64,000 nt of DNA from Mycobacterium phage prophiT46-2: the sequence record OQ417970.1, one strand, 5' to 3'. Shown here one piece after another: positions 45,401-54,716 of the stretch. Made by a program: the position numbers and the translations under genes. The notes below the pieces were generated by a model. The model was not told where the DNA came from. It saw only the letters and a program-made list of their open reading frames with translations, and searched no databases. Position 1 is the first letter of the stretch. Each line of letters opens with the position of its first letter.

Positions 45401-48025
45401 AATCCCGGCTACGAGGCCGCCGCGGCGGCGATTCAAGCGCTGGGAGGCGACCCGGCGAAGTGGATTGGCGAAGACCCGAGCACCTACCTGCCGCGCGGCA
45501 TCGGCGGAATCGGTGGTGTGGGTGCCGGCGGATACGCGCAGTACGCGGCGCTGCTGTCAAAGTTCGCCAAGAGCGGCAACCTGACAGCCGAACTCGTCGG
45601 TGCTGGTCTGGACGCCAATGACCCGGTCATCCGGGCGATCACCACCGCGCGGAACAAGAAACGGGGCGCGCTTGGAGACGACGCTATCGCCGCGCTGGTT
45701 GAGCAGATCATCGGCGGCGGCGGATACACCGGCTCCCTGAACTCGAGTAACAGCGCGCTGATCAGCTCGTTGCAGACGTTCCGTGAGAAGCTCGGCAGGG
45801 GAGCGGTTCCCAGCGGAACCGCAATCGCGGCGCTCCAGGCAGGCGGCGGCCCGAAGGGCTCCAAGGCAGGGCTGCAGCCAGGCGCAAACCAGCTGTGGGA
45901 CTTCATCGCCACCAACTTCCCCGAGGTCCGCGAGATAGGGGGAGTGCGCCAGGACGCTATCTCTGACCACCCGAGCGGCCGCGCATTGGACATCATGGTC
46001 GGCCAAAACAAGGAACTCGGCGACCGTATCAACGCAGCGTTGCGCGCCAACTACATTGCGCTGGGCCTGGACTCGACTATCTGGCGCGACAAGTGGGAAG
46101 ACTTCAACGGCAACAGCTCCACCGTCGCTGGACATCAGGACCACATCCACGCCAAGGTCGCCGCCGGCGCGGCGACGGACATGCCCGGATTGCAGATGCC
46201 AGGCGGTGCCCGCGGTCTGGTCGGCATGGGCAGCGGCGTGGTCCCGGTCTACGTGACCAATTTCGACGGCCAAATGCGCGGCATGGGCGACCAAATGCTT
46301 GGTGCGCTGTCGCAGTCGAGTGGACTTGCCGCGTCGAACGTCGCAGGCGACGTGATGAGCGCGGTCGCCGGGCTCGGCCAGGAGCCCTGGAACAAGAAGA
46401 ACGCCACCTACACCGAGCTCAATCAGCTCGTCAAGGAACGCAACCCGCTGGCGCTCGCCAAAGCCATGGGCCTGAGTGTCGAGGACTTCACCCGCGCCGG
46501 CGGCGACGCAGGAGAACTCACCACCAACGACGGCAAGGCTTTCGACGCCAACGGACGCATGTTCTCCGACACAGGCGCCTTACTTGACCGGACATTCACC
46601 AGCGTCAACGCCCAACTCAACGCCATGCGTGAACAGCTCGTCGATGTCATCGAGCAGACCAACGCCAAACTCAACGAGGAAGCGCTGGAGCCGGTCGTCA
46701 AGGCAGGTGTGCAATCGGCCCTGGAGAGCTTGAAGGACAGCGTGAGCGGGCAGATCGGTACCGCCCTGGGGCAGGCGGCTGCACCGCCGATCGCCGATGC
46801 GGTCCGCAGCGCGATCCCAGCCGACGGCGGCGGTGGGGGCGCTGCAGCAGGCATCGGCGGCAACATCGCTGGCGCACTCTTCGCCACCGGCGGCCCAGTG
46901 TATGGCGGCATCCCGGGCAAGGATTCCGTTCCGGCGCTGCTCATGCCGAACGAACACGTGCTCACCACCGACGACGTAGCCCGCATGGGCGGTCATGCTG
47001 GTGTCTACGCGTTCCGGGCCGCCCTTGCCCGCCACGGTGGTGTGCGCGGGTTCGCCACCGGCGGCGGAGTCAACGTCAACGACACGGTGGGCGCGGAATT
47101 CTTTGGCGTATCGCAGATCCCGATCCTGGGCGCCATCGTCAACCTGCTGGTTCGTGTGCTGCTACGGGTGCTGGGTGTTGAAATTGAGGCCCGAGACACC
47201 CTCAATGAGATGACCGACGAGTTCCGCCAGTTCCGCGGCGACTTCGAAGCATTCGATGCCAGCGGACGCCTGATGAACGACACCTCCGCGCTCGTCGACC
47301 GCTCATCCACCAGCGAGGAAGAAGCGGCACAGGAACGCATCCGGATCCTCAAGATAGTGATCGAGGCGCTGATCAAATACATCATCGAGAAGGTCATCGT
47401 GCCGATCGCGAAAGCCGTTGCCAACGCCGCGATCCAAGCGGGAGCATCGGCGGCCGGCGCCGCGGTCAACACCCAAGCACCGGGCGCCGGCGGCATTGTG
47501 TCCGCTCTCATCAGCTCAGGCGGGCAGGCGGGCGTGGACATCATCGCCGAGATCGGTAGCCAGCTCGCCGTCGAGGCGGCAGGGGTGATCATCGACATGC
47601 TGGGCGAAGGGCTGCAAAGCTACTTCCCGGACATCGTCAATGCCATCTTCGGTGGCGGGCTGCTGGAGAACCTGATCGCCGCACCGATCACCGCGGCGCT
47701 CGAAATTCCGCTGGCCATCATCGGTGCACTCAGCGGCGGCTTGACGGGTCTGTTCGCGCCGTTGCTGGCCATCCTGGGTGGTGGATCATTCGATCAGGGC
47801 GGCCTCGCGCGCGGTGTCGGCATGATGCCCAAGGCGACGATCCGGCCCGAGCGTGTCCTATCGCCGCAACAGACCATCCTCTTCGATCGCATGATCGCCG
47901 CGCTGGAACGCAACCCTGGCGGCGCCAGCGGCAACCCCACGTATGTGACCGCGCAGATCAACGTCGAGGGCGGCCCACGAGCGGGCGAGAACGTCCGCGC
48001 CGGACTGTTGGAGCTGATGAGCTGA
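42434..48025 (+). CDS. tail tape measure protein with an embedded LAS/M15-type zinc peptidase signature
   Basis: 1863 aa, Ala/Gly-rich with long helical regions; SDHPSGRALD (SxHxxGxAxD) at about 45950-45990 and HQDHIH (HxH) at about 46135-46152. Confidence 0.9.
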   Translation: MTTPVGSIRLDLSIDGSDLDDEITAAVQKHMGPAMARLQAQLDRIEREYVEAARAAEKSSAKQTAAARAVAEAVEDIGDEHTKSAAKARAGESVSTRSINATTRAIQKQTAAWEANTAARIAAAAAPTPAGPPPGGGSRGGGGGGSGGGVRWHGGRGGFLSSPVGLNAISLGVGSLPAATTAVVNLTGALQQLVQVGFVVPGVIGGMVSSVGTAVLGFHGLSDAVKASWEAAKSGDPKDIKKAAEAMQGLAPAVQGVVKAIVSARPQLEHLQRDIVAQNMFEGVDQSITELTDKSIPTLEKGLGGISKAWNATFKELSRVGGLDSSQSILDKLFGNTADAQNRANAAIEPLIHGFGTLTAEGSDFLPRIADGLTAVTKRFDNWITRSVENGNLDKWITEGIEGADHLGNTLLNIGKIIASITKAAGGDGGLLSALDGGSGALADFLASDKGQEKLIKFFTEGREQIKQWMPILGNVASLLGDVYDGMKQWTAVLLPILKMVTDLLNSMPGGISGVVTAFLAWRTISGITSVLSGINSIGSALDGLPGKAGTAAGGINKALAGLGIGAAAFQIGGGLINSDSGLQQAGGFAANIGGGALAGGLMGGPWGAALGAMIGAGVSLFELSRKRLEEGKAEWDKSWQEHHDNPPPPVISPSGIDLKTMLPVDRGPSLSQGMLAQIQAGKLPGYSIGPNGAVIGPDGQPLPGLNLGGVTPYTPSFPLPTLPPPAPPAPKELTTFLPIPGATGQNVPAPQGTNLGQLIGAGALPEVQANVQKLASDIQALPEGEVKIKDPSPEVMKNLESLDVQITKVSENEIQVKANTSAAQAQVEAFILKYKQQTITMMIQAQGMTPVVPPGRADGGVLPGWSPGVDNMLVPMSGGEGVLIPEAVRGLGGAAAIYAINSRFRSGLSRRGYADGGVVGAVAGIPGVDDNTELGVLRQIRDLLAGKGGGPLPATSDAIKSIASDGVASATGNSPARMGPFGTPIKARNPGYEAAAAAIQALGGDPAKWIGEDPSTYLPRGIGGIGGVGAGGYAQYAALLSKFAKSGNLTAELVGAGLDANDPVIRAITTARNKKRGALGDDAIAALVEQIIGGGGYTGSLNSSNSALISSLQTFREKLGRGAVPSGTAIAALQAGGGPKGSKAGLQPGANQLWDFIATNFPEVREIGGVRQDAISDHPSGRALDIMVGQNKELGDRINAALRANYIALGLDSTIWRDKWEDFNGNSSTVAGHQDHIHAKVAAGAATDMPGLQMPGGARGLVGMGSGVVPVYVTNFDGQMRGMGDQMLGALSQSSGLAASNVAGDVMSAVAGLGQEPWNKKNATYTELNQLVKERNPLALAKAMGLSVEDFTRAGGDAGELTTNDGKAFDANGRMFSDTGALLDRTFTSVNAQLNAMREQLVDVIEQTNAKLNEEALEPVVKAGVQSALESLKDSVSGQIGTALGQAAAPPIADAVRSAIPADGGGGGAAAGIGGNIAGALFATGGPVYGGIPGKDSVPALLMPNEHVLTTDDVARMGGHAGVYAFRAALARHGGVRGFATGGGVNVNDTVGAEFFGVSQIPILGAIVNLLVRVLLRVLGVEIEARDTLNEMTDEFRQFRGDFEAFDASGRLMNDTSALVDRSSTSEEEAAQERIRILKIVIEALIKYIIEKVIVPIAKAVANAAIQAGASAAGAAVNTQAPGAGGIVSALISSGGQAGVDIIAEIGSQLAVEAAGVIIDMLGEGLQSYFPDIVNAIFGGGLLENLIAAPITAALEIPLAIIGALSGGLTGLFAPLLAILGGGSFDQGGLARGVGMMPKATIRPERVLSPQQTILFDRMIAALERNPGGASGNPTYVTAQINVEGGPRAGENVRAGLLELMS

Positions 48026-49461
48026 TGGCCTACCGCGGATACTTCACCCTCAACGGCGTGGAGATCGCCAACAGCTCCCGGGTGATCGCGCACCTGGGCC
48101 AGGATGTGCCAACCAGCGACATCGGTGTCTTTGGCGACGACCCGAGCACCGACTGCGCGCTCATCGAATCCACCGAATTTCCGGGGTTCTACGAAATCCC
48201 CGACAGCTCCACCGAAGTGAGCCCCGGCCTGCTCACGCCGCCCAACGGTGCCCGCCGGCTGGGGCCCGGCCTGTTTGAGATCAACGGGACGTGCTGGGGT
48301 CCGATCGCGTTCTGCGGGTCGTGCTCCACAATCGTCACCTACGATGATTCGTGGCCAGGTCTTCGAGAATTCCTGGGCGACAACATCTATCGCCCCGAGC
48401 TGGCACCGTGGTACAGCACCGAACTGCCCGAATCCACAGAGTTCGGCGGCGTGTGGGTGATGAAAGTCGACGGCCTGGGAGCAACACCGGTAGAACGGCC
48501 CATCACCCAGATGACCGGATCAGGGGCCGCGGCCGGCCCGCATCGAGACCTGTCACGCACCCTCACGTTCGAGGCGCTGATGATCGCCTGCACTCACGCT
48601 GGCGTCGAGTTTGGCATGGACTGGTTGTCCTGCATCCTGCGGGACACCATCGACGACAGCACCAGCGTTTTGCGTTATCTTGCTGCCAGCCCAGCGCATT
48701 CGGGCGTCGATCCGGCATCGTTGGTGCGTGAGGTGCATGGCGTTGTCTTGACCAAAGAGCCGCGGATCATCTCCGAATACAACACCCAGGCCGGCCAGCA
48801 TCACCAAGCCAACCTGTATCGCATCAGCTGGGAAATGACGGTGCTCTCGCCCTACGCCTACCTGCCGCAGGTAAGGGTGCCGGTCGACTGGGACGAGATC
48901 ACCAGGCAGCCGGTCAACTGGGTTCACGCTGCCGACTGCGAAAAGCCTTCCACCTGTTCGGACATGCCGGTGCTGTTCTCCGCCGACTGCGTGCCCGAGG
49001 AGATCGCGATCCTGGACACTCCGCCGCCGGTGTGCGGCGGGTGCCTGCCAGTCGGCGAGATCGACAAGTACAGCTTCCGTATCCCCACCATGGATTACGC
49101 GTTCCGCTGCCGGGACACCGCGGTCAGTATCGCGATCCGTAACCTCGGCGAGACTCCGTTGACGCTGCAAGCATTCCTGCGGGTATGCGGCACCGATGTG
49201 CGCTGCGAAGACAACCGATTCCCGCTGCAGGTATCGGGTCTGCCACCACTGACAGAGCTGGTCCTCGATGGCATCTCGGGGCGCTACTGGGCCATCTATG
49301 ACGAACGCAAGCACCGCGCCGTCGGGATCGTCGGCACCCCCAACGGCGCGCCCTGGCGGCCACCACGTATCGACCGCGAAACATGCTGGGATTTCATCGT
49401 TCAAACAGCTAGCACCTCGGAATTCGAGGTCGTGATGACACTCATCGATCGGGAGCCGTGA
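48025..49461 (+). CDS. minor tail protein (distal tail/baseplate candidate)
   Basis: 478 aa directly after the tape measure with an ATGA overlap. Confidence 0.65.
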   Translation: MAYRGYFTLNGVEIANSSRVIAHLGQDVPTSDIGVFGDDPSTDCALIESTEFPGFYEIPDSSTEVSPGLLTPPNGARRLGPGLFEINGTCWGPIAFCGSCSTIVTYDDSWPGLREFLGDNIYRPELAPWYSTELPESTEFGGVWVMKVDGLGATPVERPITQMTGSGAAAGPHRDLSRTLTFEALMIACTHAGVEFGMDWLSCILRDTIDDSTSVLRYLAASPAHSGVDPASLVREVHGVVLTKEPRIISEYNTQAGQHHQANLYRISWEMTVLSPYAYLPQVRVPVDWDEITRQPVNWVHAADCEKPSTCSDMPVLFSADCVPEEIAILDTPPPVCGGCLPVGEIDKYSFRIPTMDYAFRCRDTAVSIAIRNLGETPLTLQAFLRVCGTDVRCEDNRFPLQVSGLPPLTELVLDGISGRYWAIYDERKHRAVGIVGTPNGAPWRPPRIDRETCWDFIVQTASTSEFEVVMTLIDREP

Positions 49462-49464
49462 GCC

Positions 49465-50502
49465 GTGCCGGTCATCAGCTCTGAACAGATCGTGTCGCTG
49501 CGCACCGCCAGCGGCAAACAGCTCGACCAATTCCTGGCCACGCATCAGGAGTCGTTGAAATGGACCCGCGAGCAGCGACAAGTATCGGTGCTGGAAATGA
49601 CCGTGCCGAGCGTGATCGACGCCGGCCGCATGGACATAACACCGTGGCTGCACTGGGTCGATGTGTTCGACGCTCAGGGCCGCGTGTTGTACTGGTCAGG
49701 ACCGATCCAGCGGGTCTCAGCCAGCCGCTCACGAACCTCCATTTCCGCGCGGGATATGTCGGCGTTGATGACCCGGACGCGCTGCCCGTTGACGAAAAAC
49801 TGGGATGCAGCCGACCCCTCGAAGATCGCGGGCGAGCTGTGGGCCGCGATGATCGCCCACCACGGACTGAACACTCGAGCCATCGAACGCGTGGACCCGC
49901 GCGGCGACCACTTCGATTTCGAGGCTATCGCCGACGAGCAGATGATGAGTGCGACGTTCGATCGGCTCGTCGGGCTGGGGCTGCACTGGACAGTCGTCGG
50001 CGGTGTGCCCATTCTGGGCCCGGCCCAGCTGAAATCGATTGTGGCGCTCGGCGAAGACGACTTCACGGGCGGGGAGTTCTCACTCGTGCGTGATGGCAGC
50101 CAGACCTACAACGATGTTCTGCTGCGCGGCGGCGACAACCTGGCTCGCGCCAGCGTCCCCATGGGCGGCCTGCGGTTGCAGACGATCAACAACATCGACG
50201 ACATGTTCGGCGTTTCCAACGTCGACCGCGCAGCCAAGCAATACGTGCGCTACACCGGGGCCATCAAAGACACCTTGGTGCTCTCTGACGGTGCCGTGCT
50301 GCATCCTGATGCTCCGTTGGACATTTCGCAGCTGATCCCGTCAGTGCGGTTCAACGTCGAAGCACTGGGGGTGCTGCAACTGATGGAACTGCAGAACGTC
50401 ACAGTCACCGGTGACGGAGCCGTGGCTGTCACGCTGGCTTCGGTAAACGACGACCTGCCGGAACTGGTGGAGATCGCCCAGAAAGGGGCGGTGACACAGT
50501 GA
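49465..50502 (+). CDS. minor tail protein
   Basis: 345 aa. Confidence 0.6.
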   Translation: MPVISSEQIVSLRTASGKQLDQFLATHQESLKWTREQRQVSVLEMTVPSVIDAGRMDITPWLHWVDVFDAQGRVLYWSGPIQRVSASRSRTSISARDMSALMTRTRCPLTKNWDAADPSKIAGELWAAMIAHHGLNTRAIERVDPRGDHFDFEAIADEQMMSATFDRLVGLGLHWTVVGGVPILGPAQLKSIVALGEDDFTGGEFSLVRDGSQTYNDVLLRGGDNLARASVPMGGLRLQTINNIDDMFGVSNVDRAAKQYVRYTGAIKDTLVLSDGAVLHPDAPLDISQLIPSVRFNVEALGVLQLMELQNVTVTGDGAVAVTLASVNDDLPELVEIAQKGAVTQ

Positions 50503-52865
50503 GTCGAGTTCCGGGCCAAGCGCCGCGCACCGATCAGGAGTGGACACGCGATGTGGCGCAGCGGCTTTCAGCGCTCGAAAATCCGCGGACAATCCGGGTA
50601 GGGAAGTGGGTTCTGTCCGCGGTCGCCGGCCCACTGATGGCGACCAGCCCCGGTGAAGTGCTCGAAGTCGGTCAGGAACCGGAACCTGTATCGGTTGATT
50701 TGAGTCAGCGCGGTAGCCAGGTCTCTGAGCAGGAGATCGCCGAGGCCGTCACGGGCGGCAATGGTAAGACGTTCACCTCGATCACCGACTGGTTGACGGC
50801 GAAATGGTCGGAGCTCTCGAGCACGACGACGAATGCGAACACTGGGCTCGGGAACTGGACGTCATGGCTGACCGGGGGTTCGTGGGCCAACGTCGGTGCC
50901 GCGGTGTCCGATTTCTTGAGCACCAAGAGCACCGCGGCGACAGCGGGGACCAATGCGGCTACGGGGCTGGGCAATTGGACATCGTGGCTCAGCGGTGGAT
51001 CGTGGGCGAGTATTGCGGCGTCTGTTGCTGATTTCCTGGGGACGAAATCGACGGCGAACACCGCGGGCACGAATGCCGCAACCGCGATGGCTGACGCCAG
51101 CGCCGCCTCGTCGGCGGCCAGTGCCGCGCAGACCAGCATCCAGGGCACGATCGATGCCGGTATCAACGCGATCCGCAACACCCCTGGCGTGGCCGGTCAG
51201 GCGGTCGAGGGTTGGGCCGAGGCGCTGGCTTCGATCCCGACCCAGCTGTACAACCAGTTTGGCGGCAACAATGTGCCCCGGGCGTCCCAGGAGCAGGCCA
51301 ACGCGGCGATGGCCGCGCTGGTCAATACCGTCAATTCTCAAGGCGCGGCGATCAATGCGCTGCAAAACATCCTCTCCGATGTCGGCGGGTTCAACGCCTC
51401 GATCACGTTCCGGCCCGCGGAAACCACGGTGTTCACCGGTCCGGGCACCGCGCCGTGGGCACCCCCGGCATGGGCGGCAGGCGGGTACGGAGAGTATGTG
51501 ATCGCCCCGGCCGCCGGTGGTGGCGGTTGCGGTGAGGGCGGCACGGGCGCCAGCGGCGCGGGCGGTTACCCCGGAGGGTGGGCCACCGGCACTTTCCCCA
51601 TCGAGGCTGGGGCGTATTCGATCTTCGCCGGGGGCGGCGGTCTGGGCGGGCAGAACGAGGGCCTGGGCTTCGGCGATAACGGCAGCGCTGGTGATACCTC
51701 GACGATCACCAGCCCCACCGGCGCACCGGTGGCCTCGGCGGCGGGCGGCGCCGGCGGTGAGGGTGCGCGGCGCGGCGGCAGCGGGCAGAACGGTAAAACC
51801 ATCAATCCCCAAATCTTGTCGGCGTTCGGGGATACCTTCACCGCCGGGTCCGGGGGCACCGGCAACGCAGGTGCCGGTGGTGTGGCCGGTGGCGGTGCCG
51901 GCGGCAGCGGCGGGGCGTTCGGCAACTACACCAAGGGCGGTCTGGGCGGGCCGGCCAAGATCTGGATGCGCGCCCGCGCACCGATCCCGCCGCAGTTCAC
52001 GGCCATGGGCACCCTGATCTTGCCGACGTTCAAACTCAACACCGGGGTCGCCCAAACCGATTCGATGACCGCGGCCGGACAGTGGCGCACCATCGCGCCC
52101 GGCGGGGCCGCCGGCGGCTACATGCTGATCATCCGCGCCAACACTGGTTTCACCGATTACGTCTATCTGCGGATCTGGGATGTCTCCGGTGTCACCCACT
52201 ACGAGCTGGGCCGCGTGGCCTCCGGGGCCAAGTCCGCGTGGAAGACCGGCACGGTCGGGGCGGCGATCCCGTTCAACGCCTTCACTCTGACCTCCGATAC
52301 CGCCCGCACCTTCACTGTCGGGGTCAACGGCACCGCGTTCGACTCCTACAACGACTCAGGTGCCACCTCCCTGATGGGCGCGGCCTACCGCAGCGGCGGC
52401 TGGGCATCCTCGGATCCGGCGCTGCCCGGCTCGATGTCCCAGTTCGCGTTCCTGGACACCGGCACCCCCGCCCGCATCGTCTCGGGCACCATCGCGACCG
52501 CCCAAGGCACCAACAGCACCGCCGCCTACGTGGATCTGGCCACCCCCGGGCCCTCGGTCACCCTGAACGTGCCGGCCAGCGGTGAAGTCACTATCGATGT
52601 GTCGGCCGCGTACTCCTCGGGCGGGGCCGCCGCACAAACCGGCTACATGGGCTGTGCGCTGTCGGGCGCCAACACCCGCGCCGCAACCGATGCCACCGCC
52701 GCCTACGGGCGCACCGTCACCGCCGGACTGTTCGGCACCGTGGCGCGCCGCATCCACCTCACCGGCCTGACCCCCGGCACCACCACGTTCAAAGCCGTCT
52801 ACAAAACCAGCACCAGCACCGCAACATTCTCCGACCGCCACATCATCGTCGAACCCAAACCCTAA
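50499..52865 (+). CDS. Gly-rich minor tail protein (fibre/host-recognition candidate)
   Basis: 788 aa with extended Gly-rich stretches (GGGGCGEGGTGASGAGGYPGG, GGAGGSGGAFG), typical of actinophage minor tail proteins. Confidence 0.7.
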   Translation: MSRVPGQAPRTDQEWTRDVAQRLSALENPRTIRVGKWVLSAVAGPLMATSPGEVLEVGQEPEPVSVDLSQRGSQVSEQEIAEAVTGGNGKTFTSITDWLTAKWSELSSTTTNANTGLGNWTSWLTGGSWANVGAAVSDFLSTKSTAATAGTNAATGLGNWTSWLSGGSWASIAASVADFLGTKSTANTAGTNAATAMADASAASSAASAAQTSIQGTIDAGINAIRNTPGVAGQAVEGWAEALASIPTQLYNQFGGNNVPRASQEQANAAMAALVNTVNSQGAAINALQNILSDVGGFNASITFRPAETTVFTGPGTAPWAPPAWAAGGYGEYVIAPAAGGGGCGEGGTGASGAGGYPGGWATGTFPIEAGAYSIFAGGGGLGGQNEGLGFGDNGSAGDTSTITSPTGAPVASAAGGAGGEGARRGGSGQNGKTINPQILSAFGDTFTAGSGGTGNAGAGGVAGGGAGGSGGAFGNYTKGGLGGPAKIWMRARAPIPPQFTAMGTLILPTFKLNTGVAQTDSMTAAGQWRTIAPGGAAGGYMLIIRANTGFTDYVYLRIWDVSGVTHYELGRVASGAKSAWKTGTVGAAIPFNAFTLTSDTARTFTVGVNGTAFDSYNDSGATSLMGAAYRSGGWASSDPALPGSMSQFAFLDTGTPARIVSGTIATAQGTNSTAAYVDLATPGPSVTLNVPASGEVTIDVSAAYSSGGAAAQTGYMGCALSGANTRAATDATAAYGRTVTAGLFGTVARRIHLTGLTPGTTTFKAVYKTSTSTATFSDRHIIVEPKP

Positions 52866-52896
52866 AAGTCATCACCGCGAAAGGCACAGAGAGATC

Positions 52897-53208
52897 ATGG
52901 GATTCACCAACGCCACACCGCTGAAACAGACCACTTATCAGGCCATGTACTTCGACGGCACACCACAAAGCGCCGCGCAGACCTTGATGATGATCGACTC
53001 GCTGCTGACCGCCCGCAAGCTGCACTACGGCATCATCCACGGTTCCCAAGAAGTCGAAAACCCCACCGCTTGGCGTATCCAACTCGCGCGCCGCGACGGC
53101 TCAGCCGAACTCATCGCCATCGCCGACCGCTGGATCGTCGTTTCCTCGACCGGCCAAGTCCGAGTACTCACTCCCGCCGACTACCGCGCCGAATTCGCCG
53201 TTGAGTGA
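52897..53208 (+). CDS. hypothetical protein
   Basis: 103 aa, good SD AAAGGCACAGAGAG. Confidence 0.5.
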   Translation: MGFTNATPLKQTTYQAMYFDGTPQSAAQTLMMIDSLLTARKLHYGIIHGSQEVENPTAWRIQLARRDGSAELIAIADRWIVVSSTGQVRVLTPADYRAEFAVE

Positions 53209-53468
53209 CCGGCGCGGGCACCGCTGCTCGCTACCCTGCCGCCATGGACGGATACCTGCGCGGTTCGGTGAAGACCCACCCCGACTATCCCGAGAACCCG
53301 ACCATCGCGCTGCGCAGCGTGTTTGACGACGACGATGCCACCGGCTGCACCTCGTGGCTGGTCGTTTCGGCGAGTTCTGGGGCGCTTTATCGCACGGAGT
53401 CGTTCGTCGCCGACTGGCCCGACGCAGACGGGCTGACGTTGACGACCACGCTCACCCCAGCTCCGTAG
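53205..53468 (+). CDS. hypothetical protein
   Basis: 87 aa. Confidence 0.4.
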   Translation: MTGAGTAARYPAAMDGYLRGSVKTHPDYPENPTIALRSVFDDDDATGCTSWLVVSASSGALYRTESFVADWPDADGLTLTTTLTPAP

Positions 53469-53478
53469 CCTCACGGTC

Positions 53479-54120
53479 GTGCCGATCACGGAGTACACCG
53501 AGCCGAACGTCTGCATCGGGGAGAACCTCACCACCGATGCGGCCGGTCAACTCCGGCTCCAACCCTGGGCGCTAGTACGCCCCGTTGTCGACATCCGGGC
53601 ACTCTCCGGTGGTGACGGTTCGATCATCGCGCCGCTGATCGCCCTGCCCGGCAAGCTGCTGATCGACCAGAAAGCGTCCTGGCGCAACGATTCCCCGCTA
53701 CCGCAGATGGTGCTGATCCGCGTCACGCGCGGCCCGCGGTCGTGGCTCACGTCGAACCCGAACGCTATCCAATTCCGCGACCGATGGACGACTGCGATCG
53801 ACGCCGACGCCGCCATGCCGGTGACCACCGGTATCTACAACTCCCAGTGCGGATCGGCCTGGGACTTGGGAACGAACAGCGTCGCCGAGCCCAACCCCGG
53901 CAGGCAGTGGCGATGGGCCGACGCCAACAGCATGGACGAATGGGTGGGCCCGATCGATCCAGGGGCAACGCTCAACCTCTGGTACCGCTGCTATGTGTGG
54001 ACCCCGCCGCCGTGGTCGAACAACGCGAACAAGAATCAGCCGCAGCACGAGGCCCGCGCGAACTGGACGCGCATTGAAATGCGAGCCTTCCCGCAACAGG
54101 GGAATGTGGTGACCGGATGA
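53479..54120 (+). CDS. minor tail protein
   Basis: 213 aa. Confidence 0.5.
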   Translation: MPITEYTEPNVCIGENLTTDAAGQLRLQPWALVRPVVDIRALSGGDGSIIAPLIALPGKLLIDQKASWRNDSPLPQMVLIRVTRGPRSWLTSNPNAIQFRDRWTTAIDADAAMPVTTGIYNSQCGSAWDLGTNSVAEPNPGRQWRWADANSMDEWVGPIDPGATLNLWYRCYVWTPPPWSNNANKNQPQHEARANWTRIEMRAFPQQGNVVTG

Positions 54121-54716
54121 GCATCAAGGTGTGCACCTCGGAGTACATGCTCTCCACCGTCAACGGGCTCGACATGAGGCGAAACTGGTTCCCCAGCATC
54201 GTCGCTGAGCGATTCCTGCAGTCCAAGAAGGACGGGCAGATCAGCCGATCACCCGACCCGGTGACGATGATCGACGGCGATCTGACGTACTTCAACAACA
54301 CCCCAGACCCGGTGTACATCACCGTGCAAGTCATCCGGGCTCCCCGCAGCATCGTTGCCCAAAACCCTGGCACCGTAGTGATTCACGACGCCTGGTCCTG
54401 GGCTGTTGGCACGTCGCCCACAGCTGACTTTCCGTCGGTGATCCAGGACTCATTCGGCGGCAGGGGGCAGGTGGACCGACCCGAAAACGCTGCGGACAAG
54501 CTGCTGTTCGGACGGTTCTTCGCAGACGGAGACAGCTCCCAAGCCTGGGTCAACGTCGGCCAACTCGACGCCCAGCAATCCCTGCACTTCCGATACCTGG
54601 CCGCTGTCCAAACCCCAGGCGTATGGACCACCCCTTCAGAGTTCGAGCCGCGCTGGGAAGCACAAGCCCGCTGGACTCGACTGCTGGCGTTCGCGATGCC
54701 GATTGGTTCGGCATGA
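54117..54716 (+). CDS. minor tail protein
   Basis: 199 aa, ATGA overlap. Confidence 0.5.
   Translation: MSIKVCTSEYMLSTVNGLDMRRNWFPSIVAERFLQSKKDGQISRSPDPVTMIDGDLTYFNNTPDPVYITVQVIRAPRSIVAQNPGTVVIHDAWSWAVGTSPTADFPSVIQDSFGGRGQVDRPENAADKLLFGRFFADGDSSQAWVNVGQLDAQQSLHFRYLAAVQTPGVWTTPSEFEPRWEAQARWTRLLAFAMPIGSA

Noticed and set aside
50862-52199. 445-aa - strand ORF opposite the Gly-rich minor tail protein gene
   Set aside because: Antisense of a GGC-rich coding repeat; no start context; shadow ORF
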